NCBI GenBank assembly: GCA_964490245.1 | Contig: CAZBAF010000004.1 | Span: 16,072 to 80,071, forward strand | DNA length: 64,000 bases | Reading direction: 5' to 3' | Origin: an uncultured Candidatus Saccharibacteria bacterium | GTDB taxonomy: Bacteria > Patescibacteriota > Saccharimonadia > Saccharimonadales > JACDBH01 | Shown: piece after piece, positions 18,254 through 27,179 of the stretch | Layout: each line of letters opens with the position of its first letter | Numbering within the stretch: position 1 is the first letter of the stretch | Program-made: the position numbers and the translations under genes | The notes under the pieces: model-generated | Databases searched by the model: none | What the model saw: only the letters and a program-made list of their open reading frames with translations | What the model was told of the DNA's origin: nothing

Positions 18254-18958
18254 ATGGCTTACAAACGAGTACTCTTAAAGCTGTCCGGCGAACAGCTGGC
18301 CGGCCGCGAAGGCGGCATTGACCCTGACTTTGTTGCCTGGCTGGCCAATGAAATCAAAAAAGCTACCGAAACAGGGGTCGAAATGGCAATTGTGGTGGGC
18401 GGCGGCAACTTTTTGCGCGGCGCAACCATTGCCGGCGAGGGGCTGGAACGCGCCACTGCCGACTACATGGGTATGCTGGCTACGGTCATGAACGGCTTGG
18501 CATTGATGGACATGCTGGAGCACCACCACCAACCTGCCCGCCTGCAGACCAGCATTCAGATTAACCAGGTGGCCGAGCCGTTTATTCGCCGCCGGGCCAT
18601 CCGCCACCTTGAGAAAAAACGGGTGGTGATTGTGGCCGGGGGCTTGGGTAAACCCTATCTCACAACCGATACGGCAGCGGCCTCGGTCGCGCTTGAGCTG
18701 GACTGTGACATTATTCTTAAAGCCACAAAAGTTGACGGTATTTATGACAAAGACCCGGCCAAGTACTCTGATGCGCGCAAGTTTGACCGGCTCAAATATC
18801 AGGAGGCGGTCGAAAACCCCGCTATCGGCGTGATGGACAAGGCCGCTCTGGGTCTGGCTATGGAGCAAGGCATTCCCCTGCTGGTGTTTGACCTTCATCA
18901 GGACGACAATATCCTGCGTGCTGTCTCCGGTGGGCCAATTGGCACCCGGGTCGAGTAA
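18254..18958 (+). CDS. pyrH: UMP kinase
   Basis: 234 aa with KRVLLKLSGE...VVGGGN..RG...MGMLATVMN. Confidence 0.9.
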   Translation: MAYKRVLLKLSGEQLAGREGGIDPDFVAWLANEIKKATETGVEMAIVVGGGNFLRGATIAGEGLERATADYMGMLATVMNGLALMDMLEHHHQPARLQTSIQINQVAEPFIRRRAIRHLEKKRVVIVAGGLGKPYLTTDTAAASVALELDCDIILKATKVDGIYDKDPAKYSDARKFDRLKYQEAVENPAIGVMDKAALGLAMEQGIPLLVFDLHQDDNILRAVSGGPIGTRVE

Positions 18959-18982
18959 TCCGCTCTCCGGCAGAGCAGCATA

Positions 18983-19012
18983 TTGACAAGACTTGACAAA
19001 GTGTGCTATAAT
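18983..19012 (+). promoter_or_regulatory. Sigma70-like promoter (TTGACA-N18-TATAAT)
   Basis: Exact consensus hexamers at 18983-18988 and 19007-19012. They lie 14 nt upstream of the ATG at 19027. Confidence 0.5.
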
Positions 19013-19026
19013 ATAGTTATAGACCC

Positions 19027-19527
19027 ATGAGAAATATTTCCGGCCTCTTTATGCAATCCGGCTATCGCCCTGGTTTGCTGCAGACTTATGAGACACGCGC
19101 CCCATTCGTAGGGGATGAGGTTCTGCTTGGATCTGGGGAAAGATATTATGATGTCCGTAAAGTTGGCACCGTCGCAACGGTTGGTATTACTATAAAGCAA
19201 AGTGCGCGTGAACCGGTTGTTCACTGCAGATACTACCTTAGGGAGCCCGCCCGGGGGGTGATGGTTGCTGACACCAGCATACCGACACAACCGTTCAACA
19301 CTATCTATTTGCACGCCACAGCTGGCCGTAATGTCCTGCTGTTTGGCTGGGCAGAGTCCGATGCGCCGGAGGCGCGTACGGTAACTATCCGACCGAATCT
19401 GAACGAATGGCAGTATAATGCGGCTGCCGATGGACTTGGCGAAAGCACACTGGAAAAGCTGAACAGATTGACCGCGCGCAAAAGCTGTGGGGCTTTGCTG
19501 CAACCGCCACAGGCCGTAACCCCTTAA
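19027..19527 (+). CDS. Hypothetical protein
   Basis: 166-aa ORF directly behind a consensus promoter. I prefer it to the overlapping antisense ORF 19006..19659, which is Arg/Cys-rich and low quality. Confidence 0.45.
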   Translation: MRNISGLFMQSGYRPGLLQTYETRAPFVGDEVLLGSGERYYDVRKVGTVATVGITIKQSAREPVVHCRYYLREPARGVMVADTSIPTQPFNTIYLHATAGRNVLLFGWAESDAPEARTVTIRPNLNEWQYNAAADGLGESTLEKLNRLTARKSCGALLQPPQAVTP

Positions 19528-19536
19528 AGGGTATAT

Positions 19537-19908
19537 ATGATGATTAAAGACTACCATGATGGCTCGGTTGATAGAGAAAATGGCGTGGCGTTGAGCCAAG
19601 ACGGCGTGACGCGGTTTCGCTATCCGCGTCTGGCCTATGCGGCCGAGAAAGTCGGCCAATTTACTGCAGACCTATATATAGGGTTTTTGCATCTTCGGCC
19701 GAATGTTGCAAAAAGCGTTGGCGTATCAGAGATAACACCCCGTACAGCGCGGCGTCTTGGTGCGGCTCTGTTGGCGGTTGCGCTGCCGGTTGCTGCTGCC
19801 GGCCTGGTGGATAAGGCCCCGGATGCGGCGGCTGTAGTGACCGATGCCGCCGCTGACAGTCTGGATTGGCTGAACCCCTGGCAGTATTACCAGCCGCCCC
19901 GCCCTTAA
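19537..19908 (+). CDS. Hypothetical protein with a C-terminal hydrophobic segment
   Basis: 123-aa ORF in tandem with 19027..19527, with an AAAGGG sequence upstream of the ATG. Confidence 0.45.
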   Translation: MMIKDYHDGSVDRENGVALSQDGVTRFRYPRLAYAAEKVGQFTADLYIGFLHLRPNVAKSVGVSEITPRTARRLGAALLAVALPVAAAGLVDKAPDAAAVVTDAAADSLDWLNPWQYYQPPRP

Positions 19909-20541
19909 TTACCCGATATCGATTGATTCGCCAACGCCAAGCCGTTTGTAGGTGCTGCCGGCGCTCTCGGCGGCTTCCCGCAGATGCGCATCGTAAACTT
20001 TGCAGCCGATTTCGGACAAAAGGGCGTCATGCGTCGGTATGGTCATGTCGGCCTGCGCATTAAAGACAAACGAGTAGGCGTGCGCGATATGCAGCCACGG
20101 CGCACTGGACGGCGCCATAATAACCTTAACCCGCTTGCCCAGCTGGGCGTACGAGTCGCCCGGATAAGCGACAGCGCCGTTTATACAGACACCAATGTTC
20201 TTAATCTGTGGTTTGCCGGGGCGTGCCAGTTCGTGCAGGTCGCCGTAAAACTGCAGACTGAACGGACCGGCCTGATACGTATGGGCTTTGGCGGGTTCAG
20301 TACAATCCGGCAGTTCGCGGACCACCTCTTGGGCGCCAAACAGCTGCACGTCGGGGTTGTGTTGCCGGATTTTTTCGATATTCGGCGGGCTGAAGTGATC
20401 GCTGTGGACGTGGGTGATCACCACGGCTGCTATGTTGCTCAGATCGTCCGGCAGCTGCGTATATTCGCCCGGATCGACAATAATTTTTTGCCCCTGCTCT
20501 TCAACGACAAAGCAGGCATGGCCATACTTGGTAAGCTTCAT
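19909..20541 (-). CDS. MBL-fold metallo-hydrolase
   Basis: 210 aa with MKLTKYGHACF and ITHVHSDH (HxHxDH). Confidence 0.8.
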   Translation of the reverse strand: MKLTKYGHACFVVEEQGQKIIVDPGEYTQLPDDLSNIAAVVITHVHSDHFSPPNIEKIRQHNPDVQLFGAQEVVRELPDCTEPAKAHTYQAGPFSLQFYGDLHELARPGKPQIKNIGVCINGAVAYPGDSYAQLGKRVKVIMAPSSAPWLHIAHAYSFVFNAQADMTIPTHDALLSEIGCKVYDAHLREAAESAGSTYKRLGVGESIDIG

Positions 20542-20620
20542 AAAACCATGTTAGCACACCTTTTTAAAGACAGGCCTTTTAAGGATCTGGTCTCTGGGCG
20601 CCCAGATGCGCTTGTTGAAA

Positions 20621-20656
20621 ACAAAAAGACAAAAAGGGTCCGACCCTTTACAGGGG
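20621..20656. repeat. REP-like hairpin, left flank of the RAYT gene
   Basis: AAAAAGACAAAAAGGGTC-C-GACCCTTTACAGGGG. It is the inverted copy of 21338-21372. Confidence 0.6.
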
Positions 20657-20681
20657 TAAAAAATTGCAGTAACCTGTTGTT

Positions 20682-21299
20682 ATGCCCGCAAAGAATACCG
20701 TACGCGCGTTTGAGACAGGGGGATATTATCATGTCTACAACAGGGGTGCCGGCAAGCGGATTGTGTTTCATGACGACTACGACAAGGCATATTTTTTAGG
20801 CATCATTGCGCGATACCTCGACCCAAAAGTTCATGATTATGACGGTAATGGAGCGGAATATCCCAAATACGATACAGACATAGAGCTCCTCGCTTATTGC
20901 CTAATGGGCAATCACATCCACTTATTGTTCTACATAAAGCAAAGCCCGAATGCGCTATCCATGTTAGTAAAGTCCATAATGGTCAGTTACACGATGTATT
21001 TTAACTTAAAGTACAAGGAATCCGGTACGCTTTTTCAGGGTAAATATCGTGCGTCACGAATTACTCGTGATGACTACCTTCAGCACATTAGTCGCTACAT
21101 ACACCTAAATCCAAGGAACTATGCGACCTACCAGTTTTCGAGCTTTCAGGCGTACACCGGTGGCGCAGTTCCCCGCTGGTTGAATCCTCAAAGACTCCTG
21201 GCGCTTTTTAATACAAATGAGTACAAAGCATTTGTCGCTGATTACGAGGGGCATAAAGAGGCTCTTGAGTCGATACGCTCTGAGTTAGCCGACAGATAA
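20682..21299 (+). CDS. IS200-like / REP-associated tyrosine transposase (RAYT, Y1 HUH family)
   Basis: 205 aa with YHVYNRG, the HUH motif YCLMGNHIHLL, and SRYIHLNP carrying the catalytic Tyr region. Confidence 0.8.
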   Translation: MPAKNTVRAFETGGYYHVYNRGAGKRIVFHDDYDKAYFLGIIARYLDPKVHDYDGNGAEYPKYDTDIELLAYCLMGNHIHLLFYIKQSPNALSMLVKSIMVSYTMYFNLKYKESGTLFQGKYRASRITRDDYLQHISRYIHLNPRNYATYQFSSFQAYTGGAVPRWLNPQRLLALFNTNEYKAFVADYEGHKEALESIRSELADR

Positions 21300-21337
21300 G
21301 CCCCGCTAGGTGTTAACAGATGAGTGCAGAGATATAC

Positions 21338-21372
21338 CTCTGTAAAGGGTCAGACCCTTTTGTCCTTTTTAC
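21338..21372. repeat. REP-like hairpin, right flank of the RAYT gene
   Basis: CTCTGTAAAGGGTC-A-GACCCTTTTGTCCTTTTTAC. Its reverse complement matches the left-flank repeat at about 27 of 31 positions. Confidence 0.6.
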
Positions 21373-21603
21373 TTTGAGTTGGGGTCGGGCTTTTTGAGCT
21401 GGGGGCGGAACGTTTGGTTGGGTTTGTCGCTGTGTTGGCCGGTATTTAGTGTTAGCGGCTATTTAAGGTAGCGGGCGGCGTCGCGCTCTTGGTCACGCTT
21501 CTTCAAAGCCTGACGTTTATAAAGCTTCGCGCCGTAAAATCTCTCTATTTTAAATGATCTGATTTTGTCGGGCTCGGCATATAATTCTCCTTTATCAGTC
21601 GAA

Positions 21604-22074
21604 TTATCTAACTTGCCGTTTTATTAATGATCGAGCGTTTCTTTCCTCTTCTCGTTTTTTTATGCTCTGACGTTTATCGAACTGTTTCTTGCCGCGGCCG
21701 ATGGCTATTTCTATCTTAATAAACCGGCCTTTGGTCAGGAACTTCACAGACACAATGGTATTGCCCTGCTTCTTGGCCTCGATCAGCTGGTCGAGTTCGC
21801 GCTTTTTTAGCAGCAGCTTGCGGTTGCGGCTCTGCATCTCGTTGGGCAGCTGGGCGGCATTGGTCTTGAGCGGCGTAATAAGGGCGTTATACAGCCAGGC
21901 CTCGCCGTCTTTTATCTGCACAAAGGCACCCTGCAGACTGCCGTGATTTTCACGCAAGGACCGCGTCTCTGCCCCGGTTAAGGCAATACCGGCAATATAC
22001 GAGTCTTTCAGCTCGTAATCATACGTCGCCCGCTTATTGCGGATAATACCGGTTGGCTGCTTTTTCTTTGCCAT
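21604..22074 (-). CDS. smpB: SsrA-binding protein
   Basis: 156 aa with NKRA.YDYE....GI.L.G.E..S, typical of SmpB. Confidence 0.9.
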   Translation of the reverse strand: MAKKKQPTGIIRNKRATYDYELKDSYIAGIALTGAETRSLRENHGSLQGAFVQIKDGEAWLYNALITPLKTNAAQLPNEMQSRNRKLLLKKRELDQLIEAKKQGNTIVSVKFLTKGRFIKIEIAIGRGKKQFDKRQSIKKREEERNARSLIKRQVR

Positions 22075-22198
22075 AATTACTCTATTGTAGCTATAATCTG
22101 TTAATTCTTACAGTAACAGATGAAAATTTTACCATAAGAATATTGACAAATCAAACAATGTGTGCTAAAATGATACAGTCTTGCCGAGTAGCCTAAAT

Positions 22199-23368
22199 TT
22201 AGTTTTTGGTTAAACTCTGGTTTTCGGCGTCTATCCGGCGCAACTCTTCTTTGGCGGTGTCCCAAAGGGCCGGGTCGTTGTGTTTGGTCTTGCGCCAGTA
22301 CCACCACTCTACGCCCCATAGATCCATGGTGCGCATGCCGGTGGCTTCGCCATAACGGATGCGGTCTTTGAGCCTTTTTGGATCGAGAGACTTGTATTGC
22401 TCGTCGAGCGGAGTTTCTTTGGTGCCGCCAAAGGTGTCGGGTGTCCAAGCTTCGGTTTGTAGCTCGTGCATAAAGACATCGCGGCCCCGCGTGATCTCTG
22501 TCCAGCCGGCACGGAAGGCGTAATACCAAGCCGGGATGGGATATTCAAAATAACGGTGGGTGATATTCTTATCCCAAACGCGCTTATAGACTGATATGGC
22601 CCATATGTCGGGCGTGGGATCGCCGATGGGAGTGCCGATAGCGTTATTGCTCATGCTGACAACCACAGGAGTCGCCGGGTCAAGCTTTTTCACCAGATTG
22701 TATTCGCTGATCAGCCGGTCGCGGTTAAAGTCATAACAGATACCAAAGGCTTTTAAAAAGAACTCGTTCTCCAGCTGGTAACTATGCAGGGCCGGACTGT
22801 CTTTATAGCGCTCTACAACCGCGGCAATAAAATCCTCAAGCGGTTGATACCAGCCGTGTCCGGGTATCTCTTGTGCCCAGGACGGCATGTGGCATTCGGG
22901 CCAGCGTGGCTGACGTAAGCCCAATGCCAAGCTGACCTGAACATCGTTTTCTTCGGCCATCTTAAACTGCCAGTCCAGCTCGTCAAAGTTGTAAAGCCCG
23001 CGGTCTTTCTCTATGTCGCTCCAGTAGCTGACGAGACGCAGGCGCTTAACCCCTAAGTCGCTTATCATGGCATCCAGGGTTTCTTTAGGGTCGAGATCAT
23101 AATAGCGTGCATAATTTGGAATAAAAGTAGCCCCTACGGCCAGTGGTGTGTCTTTGTGTTTGTTGATGTACCACTGGGCCAGGCCGTACATACCGCCAAC
23201 AGCGAGAATGACAAATACGACAAGTCCGATCAAAAGCCGCTTCCAGAACTTGGTGCGAACGCCCCAGTACGAGAACCGGTACCAGAACACCTGCCAGAAG
23301 CCAGCGTGTTTAGGCGGCGGCTTCAGGGTGGTTTTAACTGATTTCTCAGGCTTTTCTTGTTTTGGCAT
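22199..23368 (-). CDS. Membrane-anchored glycoside hydrolase-like TIM-barrel protein (GH5/GH42-like)
   Basis: 389 aa with an N-terminal TM helix and YQLENEF (NE catalytic-type motif). The family assignment is tentative. Confidence 0.5.
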   Translation of the reverse strand: MPKQEKPEKSVKTTLKPPPKHAGFWQVFWYRFSYWGVRTKFWKRLLIGLVVFVILAVGGMYGLAQWYINKHKDTPLAVGATFIPNYARYYDLDPKETLDAMISDLGVKRLRLVSYWSDIEKDRGLYNFDELDWQFKMAEENDVQVSLALGLRQPRWPECHMPSWAQEIPGHGWYQPLEDFIAAVVERYKDSPALHSYQLENEFFLKAFGICYDFNRDRLISEYNLVKKLDPATPVVVSMSNNAIGTPIGDPTPDIWAISVYKRVWDKNITHRYFEYPIPAWYYAFRAGWTEITRGRDVFMHELQTEAWTPDTFGGTKETPLDEQYKSLDPKRLKDRIRYGEATGMRTMDLWGVEWWYWRKTKHNDPALWDTAKEELRRIDAENQSLTKN

Positions 23369-23388
23369 GATAGACTTTTATAGAATCA

Positions 23389-24210
23389 ATGAAATCGCTA
23401 ACGCTTAGTATAGTTATACCAGTTCATAACGAAGAAGACCATATACAGAATTGCCTGGATGCAATTGCCGACCAGACTGTGCTGCCTGATGAAGTGATTG
23501 TGGTTGACAATAATTGCACTGACCGTACGGCAGAAATTGCGCGGCAGTATCCGTTTGTGCGCGTAGTGAAGGAAAAAAAGCAAGGCATTGCCTATGGGCG
23601 TAATGCCGGTTTTGATGCGGCCAAAGGTAAGCTGATTGGCCGGATCGACGCCGATACAATTCTGGCAGAAAATTGGGTTGAGCAGGTTGTGGAGATTTAC
23701 AGGGACAGGCAGGATTTTGCCCTAACAGGCGGCGGGTATTTTTATAATGTCCCCTTGCCGCGCCTTAACGGTTGGGTGCTGGGCCAGTTGGCGTACCGTA
23801 TGAACCGTTTTATTATGGGGCACTACATTTTGTGGGGGTCTAATATGGTTTTGCCGGCAGCGGCCTGGAAAGAAGTGCGCTCAGAAGTGTGTACGCATCG
23901 GCTGGACATACACGAAGATCTTGATCTTGCCATTCACTTACACCGGACGGGCATGTCTATTGTCTACCTTGAAGGCTTGCAAGTCGGGGTTGAGATGAAG
24001 CGGGTCTACAATACGGAAGGAAGCGTACATAAGGCGCGTATGGCCATGTGGCCAAATACGCTGTACGCGCATGGGCTTAAACGGGCATGGTTGGGCAGCG
24101 TTGGCGCGTGGGTCTTATACCAGGGGCGGTTTGCGGTTCGTGTCGGAAATATGGTGGCTGCGCTTTACCGGCGCGGTCGCGAACATCTTTCGGAGGAATG
24201 GCAGGCTTAG
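23389..24210 (+). CDS. Glycosyltransferase family 2
   Basis: 273 aa with LSIVIPVHNEE...VVDN.CTD and a DAD motif. Confidence 0.8.
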   Translation: MKSLTLSIVIPVHNEEDHIQNCLDAIADQTVLPDEVIVVDNNCTDRTAEIARQYPFVRVVKEKKQGIAYGRNAGFDAAKGKLIGRIDADTILAENWVEQVVEIYRDRQDFALTGGGYFYNVPLPRLNGWVLGQLAYRMNRFIMGHYILWGSNMVLPAAAWKEVRSEVCTHRLDIHEDLDLAIHLHRTGMSIVYLEGLQVGVEMKRVYNTEGSVHKARMAMWPNTLYAHGLKRAWLGSVGAWVLYQGRFAVRVGNMVAALYRRGREHLSEEWQA

Positions 24211-24791
24211 GCCGGGTTGGTGGTCTTTTTGTCGCCGTCCTGCTTGATGTCGCAGGCACTCCACAGCCCTAAATTCTGTTCCCTGGCCTGGCGTTCGAGT
24301 TCGCGAAATTCCTCCATTTTGCTGAATGGGAACAACACGTATGCAAAACCATAGCCCTGGCGGATAATCTCGGCATTGACCAGCCGGCCGTCGGGTAAAT
24401 ACACATAACGCAGCAGGCGGTTATAGCGGTCGCGGTTGGTGTTCTGCGGGTCGGCCTCCAGCCTGACGGCGCTGGTGCCAACCAGGCTTTTGGTGAATTC
24501 GCTGGCCGCCTTGCCAAAACACTGCACGCTGGTGCGCGGGTCCTGAGTCTCTGGGGTGTCGACACCGATAAACCGTATGCGCTCGGTGGTGCCGTTCATA
24601 TCCACCGTAATGGTGTCGCCGTCTTCAAAGCTTGTGACTGCGTACAGGCCAGGCTGCGATTGCTGGACACTATTGCCGGCCTGCTCCACCCAGCCCATTC
24701 GCTGCGCCAGCAGCAGAACGCCGGCCAGCACAAACGGCATCATCAGCCGGACAAGCTTTTTGCGCGTACGTTTGGATTGCCAAAATTTCAT
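24207..24791 (-). CDS. Thermonuclease (SNase) family secreted nuclease
   Basis: 194 aa with a signal/TM segment, then DGDTI...RFIGVDTPE...YGR.L. Confidence 0.8.
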   Translation of the reverse strand: MKFWQSKRTRKKLVRLMMPFVLAGVLLLAQRMGWVEQAGNSVQQSQPGLYAVTSFEDGDTITVDMNGTTERIRFIGVDTPETQDPRTSVQCFGKAASEFTKSLVGTSAVRLEADPQNTNRDRYNRLLRYVYLPDGRLVNAEIIRQGYGFAYVLFPFSKMEEFRELERQAREQNLGLWSACDIKQDGDKKTTNPA

Positions 24792-24810
24792 CTATCCGTA
24801 TTATAAGCAC

Positions 24811-25047
24811 ATGAGTTGGCCCGATGGTATCCCTGCCCCTGATTTGATTTGGCCTGAAGCCACCCGTCCGGATCCGGCCAGTATGCACGAACTTGCCATG
24901 AGTATGCGTGATCTGCCCGAATATCGTCAGTTTGCCGACTGGCTGCCCTTTCCGCCCTCGACCATCCCCAGCCGGCAAAAATGCGTTTTGTTTTTACTGT
25001 ATCTGCATTTGCGGGCGGGGATAGAGCTGACGTTTGAGCATTTTTAG
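24811..25047 (+). CDS. Small hypothetical protein (possibly leaderless)
   Basis: 78-aa ORF that fills an otherwise empty 268-bp gap. A TATTAT box lies 6 nt upstream of the ATG. No homology recognised. Confidence 0.3.
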   Translation: MSWPDGIPAPDLIWPEATRPDPASMHELAMSMRDLPEYRQFADWLPFPPSTIPSRQKCVLFLLYLHLRAGIELTFEHF

Positions 25048-25059
25048 ATACAGGCACTC

Positions 25060-26073
25060 TTATGACTGGGTGCCGGTTTTTGCCCGTGGCTGCTTAAACA
25101 TAAACGAACCGATAATGCCGCCGCACAACAGCCCGCCGATAATCAGCAGACTAAGATTGGTCGGAATGTGTATATTGAACCAGGCGATGCCAAAGATCTC
25201 GCGTGGTGCAATCACCAGTTTGAGCCCGACAAACAGCAGCAACAACGCCAGGGCGTAGCTTAGCATCCAGAATCGTTCTTTAATGTGGTCAAAGACAAAG
25301 TACAGCGCGCGCATGCCTAAAATAGCCGCCGCGTTGCTGGCAACGATAAGGAACGGTTCGTGCGATACGGCCAGTGCGGCCGGTACGCTGTCTACGGCAA
25401 AGATGACGTCAGTAAACTCAACAACCAGCAGTGCCATGAACAGCATGGTGGCGACCCGTTTGCCGTTTTTGCGAGTGAACAGCTTGTGCCCGTCAAAACT
25501 GTGGGTCATAGGGATAATGGCTTTCGCGACCCTGAAAAAGCGGCTGTTATGCGGGTCGTATACGTGATCTTTTTTGGTTCTAAGCAATCTTATGCCGCTC
25601 CACAGCAGGATACCGCCGAACAGGATAAGTATTGGCTCGAACCGCTTGATTAAGGCAATACCGGCAAAGACAAATATGGTACGCAGTACGATTGCGCCAA
25701 TGACACCCCAGAACAAAATACGGTGCTGGTACTTTTTGGGAATGCGAAAATACGCCAGAATAATCGACCAGGTAAAGACATTGTCGATGGACAGGGATTT
25801 TTCGACCAGGTAGGCGCTGAAGTACTGGCTGGCCGCCTCGCCGCCAAATGCGTTGAGGATGACGATACCCAGTCCGGCACCGAGCAACACCCACGCAACG
25901 CTTTGCCAAATGGCTTCACGAATCCCGACAGGCTTGTCCTTGCGGTGCAGTACCAAAATGTCGACCAGAATAAGCAGCAAGAACCAGCCGCCCAAAAGTG
26001 CCCAGTGCCACCACTGGATATGGAGATTAAGAGCCAGTGTATTAACCGCAGCTTCAGCAAACAAATGCATCAA
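25060..26073 (-). CDS. TerC family integral membrane protein
   Basis: 337 aa, multi-TM, with E.SLS.DN and FA.DS.PA motifs. Confidence 0.85.
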   Translation of the reverse strand: MMHLFAEAAVNTLALNLHIQWWHWALLGGWFLLLILVDILVLHRKDKPVGIREAIWQSVAWVLLGAGLGIVILNAFGGEAASQYFSAYLVEKSLSIDNVFTWSIILAYFRIPKKYQHRILFWGVIGAIVLRTIFVFAGIALIKRFEPILILFGGILLWSGIRLLRTKKDHVYDPHNSRFFRVAKAIIPMTHSFDGHKLFTRKNGKRVATMLFMALLVVEFTDVIFAVDSVPAALAVSHEPFLIVASNAAAILGMRALYFVFDHIKERFWMLSYALALLLLFVGLKLVIAPREIFGIAWFNIHIPTNLSLLIIGGLLCGGIIGSFMFKQPRAKTGTQS

Positions 26074-26128
26074 TAAAAAATAGTTTACGGTTTTTTATGG
26101 CAGAATGCGAGAGGGATATGGGGGAGGA

Positions 26129-26240
26129 GTGGTTAGTGGTTAGTGTCTAGTGATTAGTTATTAGTGTTTAGTGATTAGAAGCCAGAAGTGCGAAGTGAGC
26201 TAAGAGTAGATGGTAGTTAGTAGATAGTAGTTGGAATAGG
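26129..26240 (+). repeat. Heptanucleotide tandem array (16 units), stop-codon rich
   Basis: GTGGTTA x2, GTGTCTA, GTGATTA, GTTATTA, GTGTTTA, GTGATTA, GAAGCCA, GAAGTGC, GAAGTGA, GCTAAGA, GTAGATG, GTAGTTA, GTAGATA, GTAGTTG, GAATAGG. Confidence 0.8.
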
Positions 26241-26590
26241 CGACGTTAGCCGCCTATTAAAACAGCGCCCTTTAGGGCTTCGGCCTGTTCTGGCCATGCC
26301 CGCCTGCCCTGATTCGGGTGGTGTAATAAAACACAATAGAGAGCAAGGCGTCAGCCCCAATACTCAAATATGAAACTATTGGGGCCGACTGAAAGGAGTC
26401 CGCCTTACGTATTGTATTTTTGAACAACAAGCCGAGTCACGGCAGGCGGGCCGGCCGAGCTTCTTTGTATTCTTTTCTGTCGACACAGAAAAGAATGTCG
26501 GTCAAAAGCCCTGTAAGGGCTTTACCGAAATTGTTTTAATAGAAAAGATAGACTTAAGACCCCGCAGGGGTTCATCGAAATAAGTCTTAA
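26238..26590 (+). ncRNA. Unclassified multi-copy structured element, copy D (subtype 2)
   Basis: The 5' and 3' modules match subtype 1. The central domain (26292-26455) is different and is shared, with covariation, by copies E and F. Confidence 0.6.
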
Positions 26591-27156
26591 AAATCAATCC
26601 CCTTATTAGCAAGAAACTTATCATCAAAGTGGTGTTTCATTTTGGTCATGTGGGTAGCGATGTCGACAATATCCAGTAGGTCTTCCGGGAAGTTGCGGCC
26701 GGTCAGACACAGGCTGGTCTTGCCTGCCCGCTTTTCTATCAGTTCTTTAAGTTGGTCTTTGGTGAGCAGGCCGTCATTGACGGCGTTGTTGATTTCATCG
26801 CATATGACCAGATCGTAGTTTCCGCCGGCTGCTGCCTGCAGGGCGGCATTGAACGTATCGGCGGCGGCCTGTTTGTGCTCTTGTTCGGTTACGTCTTTTT
26901 CGCTCAAAGCGCCGGCGTTATAGAACCCCTTGCCGCCCTTATGAAACAGCAGCTTATCGCCGTACAGCGGCTGGATGCTTTCGATAAAATCATGCTCGCT
27001 CACCTGCCAGGATTTGACGAACTGAATAAACGCCACCTGCCAGCCGGCACCGAGTGCGCGCGCCAGCAGGCCAACAGCGGCAGACGTCTTGCCCTTGCCC
27101 TCGCCGGTGTAGACGACTACAACCGAATCTTTGGTCTGATAATCCTCAAATGCCAT
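26587..27156 (-). CDS. Cob(I)yrinic acid a,c-diamide adenosyltransferase (CobA/BtuR type)
   Basis: 189 aa with YTGEGKGKTSAA.G...RA.G.G..V...QF.K and ..CDE. Confidence 0.8.
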   Translation of the reverse strand: MAFEDYQTKDSVVVVYTGEGKGKTSAAVGLLARALGAGWQVAFIQFVKSWQVSEHDFIESIQPLYGDKLLFHKGGKGFYNAGALSEKDVTEQEHKQAAADTFNAALQAAAGGNYDLVICDEINNAVNDGLLTKDQLKELIEKRAGKTSLCLTGRNFPEDLLDIVDIATHMTKMKHHFDDKFLANKGIDF

Positions 27157-27179
27157 TTTCTAAGAGCAAGTATAGCAGC

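Noticed and set aside
19006-19659. A 217-aa minus-strand ORF overlaps the two plus-strand ORFs.
   Set aside because: It has an Arg/Cys/Ser-rich, low-complexity composition typical of an antisense shadow. The plus-strand pair has a consensus promoter and a tandem arrangement.
21300-21603. tmRNA (ssrA) might lie adjacent to smpB. There is also a short SD-preceded ORF (MPSPTKSDHLK) followed out of frame by a basic peptide (ERFYGAKLYKRQALKKRDQERDAARYLK).
   Set aside because: No tRNA-like acceptor/T-arm or GGGG...TTCGACG start is present on either strand. The peptide pieces lack a common frame and a start codon, so I could not support a gene or a programmed frameshift.
26074-26590. A Mn2+ (yybP-ykoY) riboswitch might be expected upstream of the TerC family gene.
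   Set aside because: The minus-strand leader shows none of the conserved GGGGAGTAG / GACA motifs. The region is instead occupied by copy D of the repeat family on the opposite strand.
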